Source: Desulfarculaceae bacterium (GTDB lineage: Bacteria; Desulfobacterota; Desulfarculia; Desulfarculales; Desulfarculaceae). From it: a DNA stretch of 64,000 bases. Below are positions 36,446 to 45,894 of the stretch, piece after piece. The position numbers and the translations under genes were made by a program. The first letter of the stretch is position 1. Each line of letters begins with the position of its first letter. A model generated the notes under the pieces. It had not been told where the DNA came from and made no database searches. It worked only from the letters and a program-made list of their open reading frames with translations. The stretch lies in the NCBI GenBank assembly GCA_021737145.1, contig JAIPEN010000008.1, forward strand, positions 123,585 to 187,584, read 5' to 3'.

Positions 36446-37909
36446 GTGATCATGAAATCCTGGCTGAGCAACCGATTCTCCATGTTCCGCGCCAAGCGCC
36501 TGGACCTGCCTCCCGCGCCCTCGGGACCGCCGCCCTTTTTGGGGGGCAGCGCCACCCGGGGCCGCTCCCGCCAGCTGGCCGCCTATCAGGGCTGGGTCTT
36601 CGCGGCGGTGGGGGCCATCGCCCGGCGCATGGCCGGCATGCCCCTAAGGCTCTTTGCCGAGCAGGACGATGGCAACGGCCTGGAGGTGAACCAGCATCCG
36701 GTGCTGGAGCTGCTCAAGCGGCCCAACCCGCTGCTCACCGGCCGCCAGCTCCGCTACACCCTGTGCCTTCACCTGGAGCTCACGGGCATGGCCTTTGTGT
36801 TGGTGTTGGACAACGCCCTGGGCCGCCCGGCCGAGCTGTGGCCCCTGAACCCGGCCGACCTGATCGAGATAAGCGCGGGCGGCGACACCCGTCAGCCCAT
36901 CGAGCGCTTCGTGTTCGCCGACTCCCACGGTGAGCGGGTGAGCTACGCGCCGGGGCGCATCCTCTACTTCCGCCACCCCAGCCCCACCAGCCTGGTCTAC
37001 GGGGCCAGCCCGGTGGAGGCCGTGGCCCACGCCTATGACATCGATCTGGCGGTGCGCATTTATCAACGCAACTTCTTTAGGAACTCGGCCCGGCCCGAGG
37101 TGGTGCTGAGCACCGACCAACGCCTGACCGAGGACGAGGCCCGGCGGGTGCTCACCCGCTGGCGCCAGAAGCACCAGGGCCTGGCCCACGTGTTCGAGCC
37201 CACCGTATTGGACGGCGGGCTCAAGGCCACCCCGCTCACCTACTCGGCCAAGGACTTCGAGTTCATGGACCTGGCCGGCTGGACCCAGGACAACATCCTG
37301 GCCGCCTACGGGGTGCCCGCCGGCAAGCTGGGCCTGGTCAAGGACGTGAACCGGGCCAACGCCCAGGGCATCGAGGTGACCTTCAACGCCGAGTGCATCC
37401 GGCCCCGCCTGGAGCTGTGGGAGGACGTGCTCAACGCCTTCCTGCTGCCCCGCTACGGCGCGGGCCTGGCTCTCAGGCACGACAACCCGGTGCCCAGCGA
37501 CCGGGCCCAGGCCCACAGGGAGGCCATGGCCCAGCTGGACCGGGGGGTGATCACCATCAACGAGCTGCGCGCCGCCCAGGGCCGCGCCCCGGTGGCCTGG
37601 GGGCACGAGCCCCTGGGGCGGGCCGAGGCCGAGAGCCCGCTGGCCATGGGCCTGGCGCCGGAGCTGGCCGCGTCGCTCAAGCAAGGCTGGCCCCGCCTGG
37701 AGGCCCGCTTCGCCGGGTGGTCGTCCGGGCGGGTGGCCAAGGAGCTGGACAAGAACCCCGCCCTGCTGGAGGGGCTGCTGCCCGGCCATCTGCCCGCCGC
37801 CCAAAAGGGGCGGCTGCGGGCGCGGCTGAAAAGCTGCCTCACCAGGGGCCTGAACCTGGAGCAAACCAAGTGGGAGCTGGGCTCCCCCCGCCAAGGAGAC
37901 GAGTCATGA
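36446..37909 (+). CDS. phage portal protein, HK97 family
   Basis: 487 aa between terL and the protease. Pattern typical of HK97-type portals (start GTG 36446 or ATG 36452). Confidence 0.8.
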   Translation: MIMKSWLSNRFSMFRAKRLDLPPAPSGPPPFLGGSATRGRSRQLAAYQGWVFAAVGAIARRMAGMPLRLFAEQDDGNGLEVNQHPVLELLKRPNPLLTGRQLRYTLCLHLELTGMAFVLVLDNALGRPAELWPLNPADLIEISAGGDTRQPIERFVFADSHGERVSYAPGRILYFRHPSPTSLVYGASPVEAVAHAYDIDLAVRIYQRNFFRNSARPEVVLSTDQRLTEDEARRVLTRWRQKHQGLAHVFEPTVLDGGLKATPLTYSAKDFEFMDLAGWTQDNILAAYGVPAGKLGLVKDVNRANAQGIEVTFNAECIRPRLELWEDVLNAFLLPRYGAGLALRHDNPVPSDRAQAHREAMAQLDRGVITINELRAAQGRAPVAWGHEPLGRAEAESPLAMGLAPELAASLKQGWPRLEARFAGWSSGRVAKELDKNPALLEGLLPGHLPAAQKGRLRARLKSCLTRGLNLEQTKWELGSPRQGDES

Positions 37910-38532
37910 AGCTGGTGCACAAGGTGATGGATTTCGAGGTGAACCGGGCGGACGAGGACAACCGCACCTTTTGGGCGGTGGCCTCCAGCCCCACCGTGGA
38001 CCGCCAGGGCGACCTGGTGGAGCCCGACGGCTGGGACTTCGCCAACTTCCTGAGGAACCCGGTGATCCCCTGGGCCCATGACTACGCCTCCCCGCCGGTG
38101 GCCCGGGCTCTGGCGGTCAAGGTGGAGAACGGGCGGCTGTTGTTCAAGGCCCAGTTTCCCACCGCCGAGGAGTACGCCTTTGCCGACACCATCTACCGCC
38201 TGTACAAGGGCGGCTATCTGCGGGCCTTCTCGGTGGGCTTCGCCCCCTTGGAAAGCGAGGTGGCCACCCACCGGGTGAGCGGCCGCGCCCTGACCGGAAC
38301 CCGCTACCTGCGGCAGGAGCTCTACGAGATCTCCTGCGTGACCCTGCCGGCCAACCCCGAGGCCCTGGTGGCCCTGGGCCTTCCGGCCGCCAGCACCCCC
38401 TCCCCGGAACAGACTCCGGGCGCGCCGCCCGTGGCGGCGATGAACCCCGGAGCGGCCCGGGCCGTGGTGTCGGCCGCCCTGGGCCAGGCGGTGGTGGAGC
38501 GCCTGCGCTTCCACCTGGGCCTGGTGGACTGA
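37906..38532 (+). CDS. HK97-family prohead (maturation) protease
   Basis: ATGA overlap with the portal gene. DRQGDLV, IPWAHD and FSVGF motifs typical of the S78/U35 family. Confidence 0.8.
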   Translation: MKLVHKVMDFEVNRADEDNRTFWAVASSPTVDRQGDLVEPDGWDFANFLRNPVIPWAHDYASPPVARALAVKVENGRLLFKAQFPTAEEYAFADTIYRLYKGGYLRAFSVGFAPLESEVATHRVSGRALTGTRYLRQELYEISCVTLPANPEALVALGLPAASTPSPEQTPGAPPVAAMNPGAARAVVSAALGQAVVERLRFHLGLVD

Positions 38533-38562
38533 CAAACCAAGATCACAAGGAGCGATCAAGCC

Positions 38563-39789
38563 ATGAAGCAGACCAAGATCATCGAGCTGTTGGAGCAGGC
38601 CACCGGCCTGTCCTTGGACGAGAACAGCCTCAAGGGGCTCATCGACCAGCGTCTGGAAAAGGTGCTGGCCGCGGTGGAGCCGGGCCGGGTGAGCCTGGGC
38701 GGGCCCTCCGCCCTGCCGGGGGTGGGCCTGAGCAAGTACCTGGGCGACGTGCGCCGTTTGGGCATGGGCCAGGCGCCGAAGCACCTGGAGGCCGGCGAGC
38801 TGATCAGCGCCGGGGGCGCCGCCCTCAAGCAAGTGGAGGCGCCCCAGGCCAAGGACCTGCGCGAGGGGGCCACCACCGCGGGCGGCTATCTGGTGCCCGG
38901 CGAGGAGTCCGGCGAGGTGCTCAACCTGGTGAACAACTTCAGCGCCCTCAAGGGCCTGTGCCGCACCGTGCCCATGAACAGCCACCAGATCACCTTCCCC
39001 ACCATCAGCGGCGGGCTCACCGCCTACTGGGTGCCCGAGGCCGTGGACACCGAGACCTACGGCCTGGGCGACGGCGCGGCCCACGGCGAAAAGCCCCGCT
39101 CCGACGCCACCTTCGGCCAGCTGGCCCTGAACGCCCACGTGCTGGCGGTCAAGGTGGTGGTGAGCAACCAGCTGTTGGACGACTCGGACCCCGGGGTGGA
39201 CGCGGTGCTCAGAAACCTGTTCGCCGAGACCATCGGCTCGGCCTTTGACGTGGCCTGCCTGCGGGGCACCGGCGCGGCCACCGACCCGGTCACCGGCCTG
39301 GTGGGCAAGATAAGCACCAACGCCCTGAGCGTGAGCGGCACCTTCGGCTTCGACGACCTGGCCAGGCTGATCTTCGCGGTGTACGAGAACGCGCCCCATG
39401 CGGCCCAGGTGCCGGTGATCGGCCATCCCAAGGCCGAGAAGGTGCTCATGACCCTGAAGGACGACTACGGCGACTACATCTACCGCCAGCCGGGCCAGCC
39501 CCGGGCCGAGGGGCAGCAGCGGCCCCTGGTGTGGGGCGAGCCCTTTGTGCGCGACCCCAACATCCTCGCCAACCTGGGCGACGGCACCGACGAGACCCGC
39601 CTGTTCGCGGGCGACTTCGCCGGCAGCGCCCTGGTGGGCCTGCGGCAGGGGCTGGTGGTCAAGACCAACCCCTGGGCCGAGCCCTACTTCTCCTACAACC
39701 AGACCGCCTTTTTGGCCGAGGTGCGCATGGGCTTCAACCTGAGCGACGAGAAGCGCTTCGCCAGCCTGAGCGCGGTGCCCACCGCCTAA
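38563..39789 (+). CDS. HK97-family major capsid protein
   Basis: 408 aa. N-terminal coiled delta-domain-like region, then TTAGGYLVP... typical of HK97-fold capsids. Position after the protease. Confidence 0.8.
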   Translation: MKQTKIIELLEQATGLSLDENSLKGLIDQRLEKVLAAVEPGRVSLGGPSALPGVGLSKYLGDVRRLGMGQAPKHLEAGELISAGGAALKQVEAPQAKDLREGATTAGGYLVPGEESGEVLNLVNNFSALKGLCRTVPMNSHQITFPTISGGLTAYWVPEAVDTETYGLGDGAAHGEKPRSDATFGQLALNAHVLAVKVVVSNQLLDDSDPGVDAVLRNLFAETIGSAFDVACLRGTGAATDPVTGLVGKISTNALSVSGTFGFDDLARLIFAVYENAPHAAQVPVIGHPKAEKVLMTLKDDYGDYIYRQPGQPRAEGQQRPLVWGEPFVRDPNILANLGDGTDETRLFAGDFAGSALVGLRQGLVVKTNPWAEPYFSYNQTAFLAEVRMGFNLSDEKRFASLSAVPTA

Positions 39790-39950
39790 AAAACCACCAA
39801 ACCGCCCCGGGGGCCGAGCCGGCCTCCGGGGCCACGGGAGAGAGAACATGCCAGCCATCGCCGCCCGCCACATCGCCCGGCCGCCCCGGCACACCGCCCT
39901 GAGCGCTTCGCCGGTGCTCAAAGGCGGCCGCCGCCAGGGGAGCTGAAGCC

Positions 39951-40559
39951 ATGGCTCTATCGCAAGACGCCCTGACCACCGTGGCCGGGGTAAAGCAATA
40001 CCTGGCCATCGCCTCCACGGAGCACGACGGCCTGCTGGAACGGCTCATCGAGGCGGTGAGCGCCCAGTTCAACGCCTACACCGGCCGCAAGCTAACCGCC
40101 CGCGACTACAGCTATCTCAGCGGCGACGATGCCTATGACCCGGACAACGCGCTCTTGTCGGGCGCCGGCTATGCCGAACTGCTCTTGCCCCAGTACCCGG
40201 TGCTCGGCCTGAGCAGCCTGGTGCTGGACGGCCGGGAGATATCCCCGGCCAGCGGCGGGGTGGGCTGGGTGCTGGACGCCGGGGCCGGGGTGGTGACCCG
40301 GCTGGACGGGGTGTTCCCCCGGGGGGCCCACAACGTGGGCCTGGTCTACAGGGCCGGCTTCGAGACCGCGCCCCCGGACCTGGTCCAGGCGGCCATCGAG
40401 CAGGCGGCGGTGCGCTTTCAGGAGTCCGGGGCGGGCCACGGCCGTTTGGGAGTGAGCGCGCGCACCCTGGCCGACGGCTCGGTGAGCTATCACGCCGGGG
40501 CCTTGTTGCCCTCGGTCAAGGCGGTGCTGGACCGCTACCGCAACCGGAGCCTGCTGTGA
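39951..40559 (+). CDS. gp6-like head-tail connector (longer than usual, possibly connector + head-closure)
   Basis: N-terminus VAGVKQYLAIASTEHDGLLERLIEAVSAQFNAYTGRKL matches the connector pattern. Confidence 0.6.
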   Translation: MALSQDALTTVAGVKQYLAIASTEHDGLLERLIEAVSAQFNAYTGRKLTARDYSYLSGDDAYDPDNALLSGAGYAELLLPQYPVLGLSSLVLDGREISPASGGVGWVLDAGAGVVTRLDGVFPRGAHNVGLVYRAGFETAPPDLVQAAIEQAAVRFQESGAGHGRLGVSARTLADGSVSYHAGALLPSVKAVLDRYRNRSLL

Positions 40560-40999
40560 TCCGGGTCAGCCTGATCCCCCCGGCGGTGGACCCCTGGGAG
40601 CGGATCCTGCGGGCCTTCCCGGCGGTGATCCGCAAATCCTTAGAGCAAGCGCTCGAACTTGGCCTGGCCGCGTCCCGCGAGGCCATGGGGCCGGGCGGCA
40701 CCGGCCCGGCCGTCCGTTCCGGCCGCCTGCTGCGCAGCCTGGGCGCGCGGGTCTACCAATCCGGCGACACCTACATCGGCGAGCTAAAGGCCGACGCCCC
40801 CTATGCCGGGGTGCAGGAATACGGGGCGGTCATCCAGGCCAAGAAGGCGAAATACCTGAAGTTCCGGGTGCAGGGCCAATGGGTGCAGGTCAAGCGGGTG
40901 GTGATCCCGGCCCGGCCCTACCTGCGGCCCGGGCGCGACGCGGCCCTCACAGCCCTGCCCGAGCTGCTTGAGCGCAACCTGGCGGAGGCGATGCAATGA
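40556..40999 (+). CDS. HK97 gp10-family head-tail joining protein
   Basis: GTGA overlap. APYAGVQEYG ... ARPYLRPG motifs. Confidence 0.6.
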   Translation: MIRVSLIPPAVDPWERILRAFPAVIRKSLEQALELGLAASREAMGPGGTGPAVRSGRLLRSLGARVYQSGDTYIGELKADAPYAGVQEYGAVIQAKKAKYLKFRVQGQWVQVKRVVIPARPYLRPGRDAALTALPELLERNLAEAMQ

Positions 41000-41424
41000 C
41001 CCGCGCAACGATCATCGACGACCTGCTGGCCTGCTTGCGGGCCATGGGCCCGATCCATGGCATGCCCCTGGCCGCGGCCACGGTGCTCCGGGGCATTCAT
41101 CTGGCCGAGCAGGTGAACGATTTGCCCGCCCTGGCCCTGTTCAACGAGCGGGTGGAGAGCCTGGAGTCCACCGACCGCACCGTGGAGCGCAAGCTGGTCT
41201 TGCACCTGTGGGGGTATGCCAAGGCAGCGGGCAGTGATTTCAGTGGCTTGGACCGCCTGGCCGAGAGCGCGCTCATGGCCCTGGGCGATCCGGGCCTCAA
41301 CCCCCACTGGGAGCGCACCGCCTGCGGCAATTTGGAGATCTACGAGGGCGGCGCGGGCGACCCCCTGGGCATCTTCGACCTGGAGCTGACCGTGGAGTAC
41401 GAGTCGCCCCTGAATACGCTTTGA
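40996..41424 (+). CDS. putative tail terminator (gp11/DUF3168-like position)
   Basis: ATGA overlap. Called on size and position only. Confidence 0.4.
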   Translation: MTRATIIDDLLACLRAMGPIHGMPLAAATVLRGIHLAEQVNDLPALALFNERVESLESTDRTVERKLVLHLWGYAKAAGSDFSGLDRLAESALMALGDPGLNPHWERTACGNLEIYEGGAGDPLGIFDLELTVEYESPLNTL

Positions 41425-41452
41425 GCAATTACTTTAATATAGGGAGAGAGAC

Positions 41453-42487
41453 ATGAGCAGCGGTAAGGAAATTCGGGCGGCCTTTGCCCAGGCCGAGACC
41501 TGGGGCACGCCGGTGGCCTGCGCCCCGGGCGACGCCATGCTGATCACCAGCGAGTCCATAACCCAGTCCATCGAGCACCTGCCCGACGACAGCGCGGGCC
41601 AGAGCTTTCACGCGGCCAGCGACCAGGGGCTGGTCACCTGCGGCGGCGACCTGGGGGCGTACTTGCGCTACCAGGGCCTGGGGGTCCTGCTGGCCATGGC
41701 CATGGGCCAGGCCGGAGAGCCCACCCCCCAGGGCAGCGCGGGCCAGCTCCACCAGCTGCGCCTGGGCGGAGACACCGACGGCCTGTTCGGCACCCTGGCC
41801 CTGTACAAGGGCTTTTCGGTGCACGAGTTCGCCTCGGCCAAGGTGGACGGCTTCACCATCAGCGGGGCGGCCGGCCAGCCGGTGAGCGTCACCTTTCATC
41901 TGATCTGCGACGGCATGAGCATCAACACCGCCAGCGGGGCCAACACCAACGCCTCGCTCACCGGGCTGAGCGCGCCCGCTCCGGGCAACCGGGTGCTGTT
42001 CAAGCAGGCCGGCTTTTGGATCAACGACGCCTCGGACGGGGCCTTGGACGCCGGCGACGCGGTGCATCCGGGCCGCTTCAGTCTGAGCTTTAGGCGCAAG
42101 CTGGCCGGCGACCACCTGGCCGGGGGCGCGGACAAGATCGCCGAGCCGGTGTGCGCCGCCTTCCCGGAGCTTAGCCTGAGCCTGGAGTTCCCCACCTACA
42201 CCAGCGACACCTACCTGAGCGACCTGGGCTCCGGGGTCAGCAAGAAAATGCGCATCGACTTCAGCGGCCCGGAGATCGAGTCCGGGGTGGACCATGGACT
42301 CAGCCTGATCATGCCCCACCTGGTGATCACCAACGCCGAGAGCGCGGTGGATCGGGCCGGCAAGATCGCCCATCCGGTGAGCCTGAACCTGCTGGCCCCG
42401 CCGGCCGAGGCGGCGGGCATGAGCGGCATCAACGAGCCCCTGGCCCTGGACCTGACCAACACCCGGACCAGCGCCCTGCTGGTCTAA
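41453..42487 (+). CDS. putative major tail/tube protein
   Basis: AGGGAGAG RBS. 344 aa and beta-rich. Called mainly on position, as the last gene of the module. Confidence 0.4.
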   Translation: MSSGKEIRAAFAQAETWGTPVACAPGDAMLITSESITQSIEHLPDDSAGQSFHAASDQGLVTCGGDLGAYLRYQGLGVLLAMAMGQAGEPTPQGSAGQLHQLRLGGDTDGLFGTLALYKGFSVHEFASAKVDGFTISGAAGQPVSVTFHLICDGMSINTASGANTNASLTGLSAPAPGNRVLFKQAGFWINDASDGALDAGDAVHPGRFSLSFRRKLAGDHLAGGADKIAEPVCAAFPELSLSLEFPTYTSDTYLSDLGSGVSKKMRIDFSGPEIESGVDHGLSLIMPHLVITNAESAVDRAGKIAHPVSLNLLAPPAEAAGMSGINEPLALDLTNTRTSALLV

Positions 42488-42607
42488 AGCAAGGGGCGCG
42501 GCAAGAAAGGGCTTTTGTTTTCCGTGCCCTAGGGGTTATTTTAACCGGGTCGGGCCCACCAGGGTCCGGCCCGTCTTCACTCACCCCCCAAGCCGGAAGT
42601 TTGGCCC

Positions 42608-43174
42608 ATGGATGACAGCGAAAGCATCAAAATCAGCATGCCCGCCGCGGTTAAGCCCCACGTCCCCCAGGAGGAACGGCCCCTGGAGCAGTGCATGGCC
42701 GAGGCCAAGATGCTCATGGTGGAGTTGGAGGGCGGGCTCAGCGACGGGCTGACCACCCTGGGCCCGGACGGGGCCGAGAGCCTGAGCCTGTACCGGGCCG
42801 ACATCCTGGGCCTGGAGGCCTGGGTGGAAGCGGGCCGCAAGCTGGTGCTCCTGGCCAGGCCGGACTTGGCCCTGGCCGAGCCGCTGGCCCAGCGGTTGGG
42901 GGCGAGCTTGCGCACCACCGGCGGGGACAAGGACATATTGTTCAAGCAGGTGATCTGGGAAAACGAGATCATCGCCGCGCAGGCGGCCTACATGGGCCGG
43001 GACATGGACGACCTGCCCGCCCTGGGCCTGGCCGGGCTGGCGGTGTGCCCGCCCGAGTCGCCGGAGTGGGTCAAGGGAGTCTGCCACATCGTCACCGGGG
43101 CCCCGGCCGGACGGGGCGCGGTGCGCGAGCTCGTCGACCGCCTGCTGGCAGACTACGTGCCCGAGGACATCTAA
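42608..43174 (+). CDS. HAD-IIIA phosphatase, KdsC-like C-terminal half with divergent N-terminus
   Basis: GRDMDDLPALGLAGLAVCP...GRGAVRELVDRLL resembles the KdsC motifs GDDxNDLP and GGxGAVRE. Confidence 0.5.
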   Translation: MDDSESIKISMPAAVKPHVPQEERPLEQCMAEAKMLMVELEGGLSDGLTTLGPDGAESLSLYRADILGLEAWVEAGRKLVLLARPDLALAEPLAQRLGASLRTTGGDKDILFKQVIWENEIIAAQAAYMGRDMDDLPALGLAGLAVCPPESPEWVKGVCHIVTGAPAGRGAVRELVDRLLADYVPEDI

Positions 43175-43807
43175 ATGTTCGAGTCCGAAAATCCCAATGC
43201 CTATGAAAAGGTCTATATCGGCCTGGTGGAGCGCCTGGGGGCCATGGACCTGGCCCCGGCCGGGGCCAGCCTGGGCCTGGAACGGCGGGGCCTGGAGTAC
43301 GTGGCCCCCCTGCTGGGCCGGGAGTATTTGGTGGGCCCGCAAGGGGTGCGCGCGGCCGACGGGGGCGGGACCCCCTTCACCCACCGCATCGTGCTGGCCT
43401 GGTATCTGATCCACGGCGGCTCCGGCGAACCGGCCCAGAGCTTCGTGCCCTACCGCGAGCTGCCCGGCGGGGCGGACTTCGCCCGCACCCTGAGCCAGTT
43501 GGTGGACAACCGCCTGGCCACCGGCTTCGGCCACAAGCTGGCCCAGCTCAGCCAGGCGGCCCTGGCCCTGGGCGGCGAGGAGCTGCCCACGACCAGCGCC
43601 TCGGACGGGGCCTGGCGCTTCGGCGCCCTGCCCAAGCTGCCCCTGGAGCTCAGGTTCTACGACGCGGACGAGGAGTTCCCGGCCGAGGCCAAAATCCTCT
43701 ACGACATCACCGCGCCCAACATCCTGGACCTGGAGTGTTTGGCGGTGATGGGCCAGATATTGGTCATGGAGCTGGAAAGGGCCGCCGGGGTGGCCCCTCC
43801 GGCTTGA
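43175..43807 (+). CDS. DUF3786-like protein
   Basis: Abuts the upstream stop (TAAATG). Family call from recollection of the N-terminal pattern. Confidence 0.4.
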   Translation: MFESENPNAYEKVYIGLVERLGAMDLAPAGASLGLERRGLEYVAPLLGREYLVGPQGVRAADGGGTPFTHRIVLAWYLIHGGSGEPAQSFVPYRELPGGADFARTLSQLVDNRLATGFGHKLAQLSQAALALGGEELPTTSASDGAWRFGALPKLPLELRFYDADEEFPAEAKILYDITAPNILDLECLAVMGQILVMELERAAGVAPPA

Positions 43808-43839
43808 CCCGGATGGCCGCCGTGTGCACAGATTGATAT

Positions 43840-44406
43840 ATGCGCATACTTCTGCACATATGCTGCGGGCCCTGCGCCATCATGCCTGTTCACGATCTGC
43901 GCGGCGAGGGCCACGAGCTGCGGGGCCTGTTCTACAACCCCAACATCCAACCCTACACCGAGAGCCAGCGCCGTCTGGGCGCCCTGGAGGCCTGGGCCAA
44001 GGAGCAGGACCTGCCGCTGATCGTGCAGGACGAGTATGACCCCGAGTCATGGCTTCGTAACGTGGCCTGGCGCGAAAGCCAGCGCTGCGCCCCCTGCCTG
44101 AGCCAGCGCCTGGAGCGGGCCGCGGCCGTGGCCAAGCGGGGCGGGTTTGATGCCTTCAGCAGCACTCTGCTATACTCAAAGCGTCAGAAACACCGCCTCA
44201 TCAAGGAGTTGGGCGAGGCGGCCGGGCGGCGGCGCGGGGTGGAGTTCCTTTACCGCGACTGGCGCCAGTTTTGGAAAGAAGGTATAGAGCAGTCCAAGGC
44301 GGCGGGCATGTACCGCCAACAATATTGTGGATGCATCTTCTCGGAGCGCGATCGTTACCTGGGCGCTCCGTCAGCCCCACGGGGGGGATCAGATATTGAG
44401 CGATAG
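43840..44406 (+). CDS. queH: epoxyqueuosine reductase QueH (DUF208)
   Basis: LLHICCGPC N-terminal motif and QQYCGCIFSE C-terminal motif. Confidence 0.85.
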   Translation: MRILLHICCGPCAIMPVHDLRGEGHELRGLFYNPNIQPYTESQRRLGALEAWAKEQDLPLIVQDEYDPESWLRNVAWRESQRCAPCLSQRLERAAAVAKRGGFDAFSSTLLYSKRQKHRLIKELGEAAGRRRGVEFLYRDWRQFWKEGIEQSKAAGMYRQQYCGCIFSERDRYLGAPSAPRGGSDIER

Positions 44407-45775
44407 CACGGGCCCGGACATAGTCCTCGAGTTCGAGGGCGGGGTGATGACCATCCGCACCGAAAAAGCGGTGTATCAGGTCAGCGTCAGCACTCTGGAC
44501 ACCGGGGCCCGGGTCTTGCCGCCGGCCAGCGACCAGCGCTCCCTGCCGGGCATGGAAAAACCGGCCCAAAAAGAGCAGCGCGAGCTGCCCGACTCCCAGC
44601 GCCCGGTGCTGGGCCCCCCGGCGGCGGACTATTACGGCGAGCTGAGCCACGACCTTTTCCGCGAGTTGGGCAACCTGGCCCGCCGCCTGGCCGCCTCCCT
44701 GAAAAAGCTGTCTTCCGGCGGCAAGGGCCCGGACGCGGCCGAGCTGGGCCGGGACATGGAGGCCGCCCTGGCCCAGGCCAAGTCCCTGACCAAGGGCCTG
44801 CAACAGAGCGAGGAGGACCGCCGCGAGGCCGCGGCCGAGCGCCGCAAGCTGGCCAAGGTGCTGGGCAACGGCAAACCGGCCGCCAACCCCCTGGCCAAGC
44901 TGGCCGACGGGGCCGCCAGCCTGATGAGCGAGGTGTCCCGCGCCCGGGTGCAAAACGGCCAGGCCGCTGGCTACCGCTTCGGCCTGGAGGCGGTGTTCCA
45001 GGGCATCTACGACCACTGCATCAACCAGACGGTGCGCAAGCACATCCAGTCCATGTGGGACGAGCCCGGCGAGTTCGAGCAGCGCTCGGTGGAGCAGCTT
45101 CTCAACCAGTCCGCCCCGGCCGAGCCGCCCCCCGGCGGGCTGGTGCGCTTCGACCTGCCCCGGGTGCTGGCCGCCCTGGAGCAGAGCACCGGCAACTCGC
45201 GCTTCCAGCAGATCCTGGCCAAGATGCAGGCCAACTCGGGCCAGCTCTTCCCGGACGACAATCTCTACATCGAGGCCGAGGTGCTGGGACCGGGCGAGCA
45301 GGGGCCGGACCCCATGCTCCTGGAGCGGCTGGAGAGCTTCCTGGACCGCGTGGTCTCGGCCGCCCGCCGGCCGGGCCCCGGCCTGCCCGACGAGCTGGCC
45401 GACCTGGCCGACCTGTTCGGCGAGGGCGACTCGGCCCAGGAGCAGGAGGCCCAGAAGAACCTGGCCGACCTGCAAAAGGCCCTGGCCGCCCTGGGCAAGC
45501 TGGCCGCCGAGGTTCCCGCCGCGGCCGCGCGGGGCGGGGCCAGCCAGGCCCGCCTGATCGGCGAGGCCCTGTTCCAGATGCTGGCCCTTTTGGTGGGGCT
45601 GAAGGCCAAGCTGGTGGCCAGGGAGTCCGACCCGGAGATGAACGCCTTCCGGGCCGAGCAAAAGGCCCAGGCCGAGGTGGACCAGGCCCTGGCCGGCCTG
45701 GAGACCTCCGGCGACGAGGACCCGGGCCTGGACCTGAAGCAGGTGGAGCGGTTGCTGGAGAGCCTCGGCTTCTAG
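44396..45775 (+). CDS. hypothetical helical protein with CheZ-like C-terminal peptide (LLESLGF)
   Basis: Start TTG 44396 or ATG 44447. Long Ala/Glu/Leu-rich helices. The extreme C-terminus QVERLLESLGF resembles the CheZ CheY-binding tail. Confidence 0.5.
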   Translation: MSDSTGPDIVLEFEGGVMTIRTEKAVYQVSVSTLDTGARVLPPASDQRSLPGMEKPAQKEQRELPDSQRPVLGPPAADYYGELSHDLFRELGNLARRLAASLKKLSSGGKGPDAAELGRDMEAALAQAKSLTKGLQQSEEDRREAAAERRKLAKVLGNGKPAANPLAKLADGAASLMSEVSRARVQNGQAAGYRFGLEAVFQGIYDHCINQTVRKHIQSMWDEPGEFEQRSVEQLLNQSAPAEPPPGGLVRFDLPRVLAALEQSTGNSRFQQILAKMQANSGQLFPDDNLYIEAEVLGPGEQGPDPMLLERLESFLDRVVSAARRPGPGLPDELADLADLFGEGDSAQEQEAQKNLADLQKALAALGKLAAEVPAAAARGGASQARLIGEALFQMLALLVGLKAKLVARESDPEMNAFRAEQKAQAEVDQALAGLETSGDEDPGLDLKQVERLLESLGF

Positions 45776-45894
45776 CCGTCGGCTTCGCCGGGCGGCCTTG
45801 CGGCGCCGGCGTCCTTTTTCCCTTCCCAACCCGCCGCCTTGCCCCCCGCGCAAGCTTGACGTAGGATATTTTCCGGCACCAACGGGAGATATTC

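Larger units (their letters stand above)
33063..42487 (+). mobile_element. phage-derived head-neck-tube module (GTA-like element or prophage remnant)
   Basis: Collinear Mor-like, terS-like, terL, portal, protease, capsid, connector, gp10-like, terminator-like and tube-like genes. No integrase, tape measure or lysis genes. Confidence 0.7.

Noticed and set aside
37453-39921. 822-aa minus-strand ORF across the portal, protease and capsid genes
   Set aside because: Antisense artefact of GC-rich phage structural genes. The translation has no motifs and is Gly/Ala/His/Arg-rich.
39848-39946. 32-codon Arg-rich ORF between the capsid and connector genes (ATG after GGGAGAG)
   Set aside because: It has an RBS-like motif, but it is very short, basic and low-complexity (MPAIAARHIARPPRHTALSASPVLKGGRRQGS). 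The sequence cannot distinguish it from chance.
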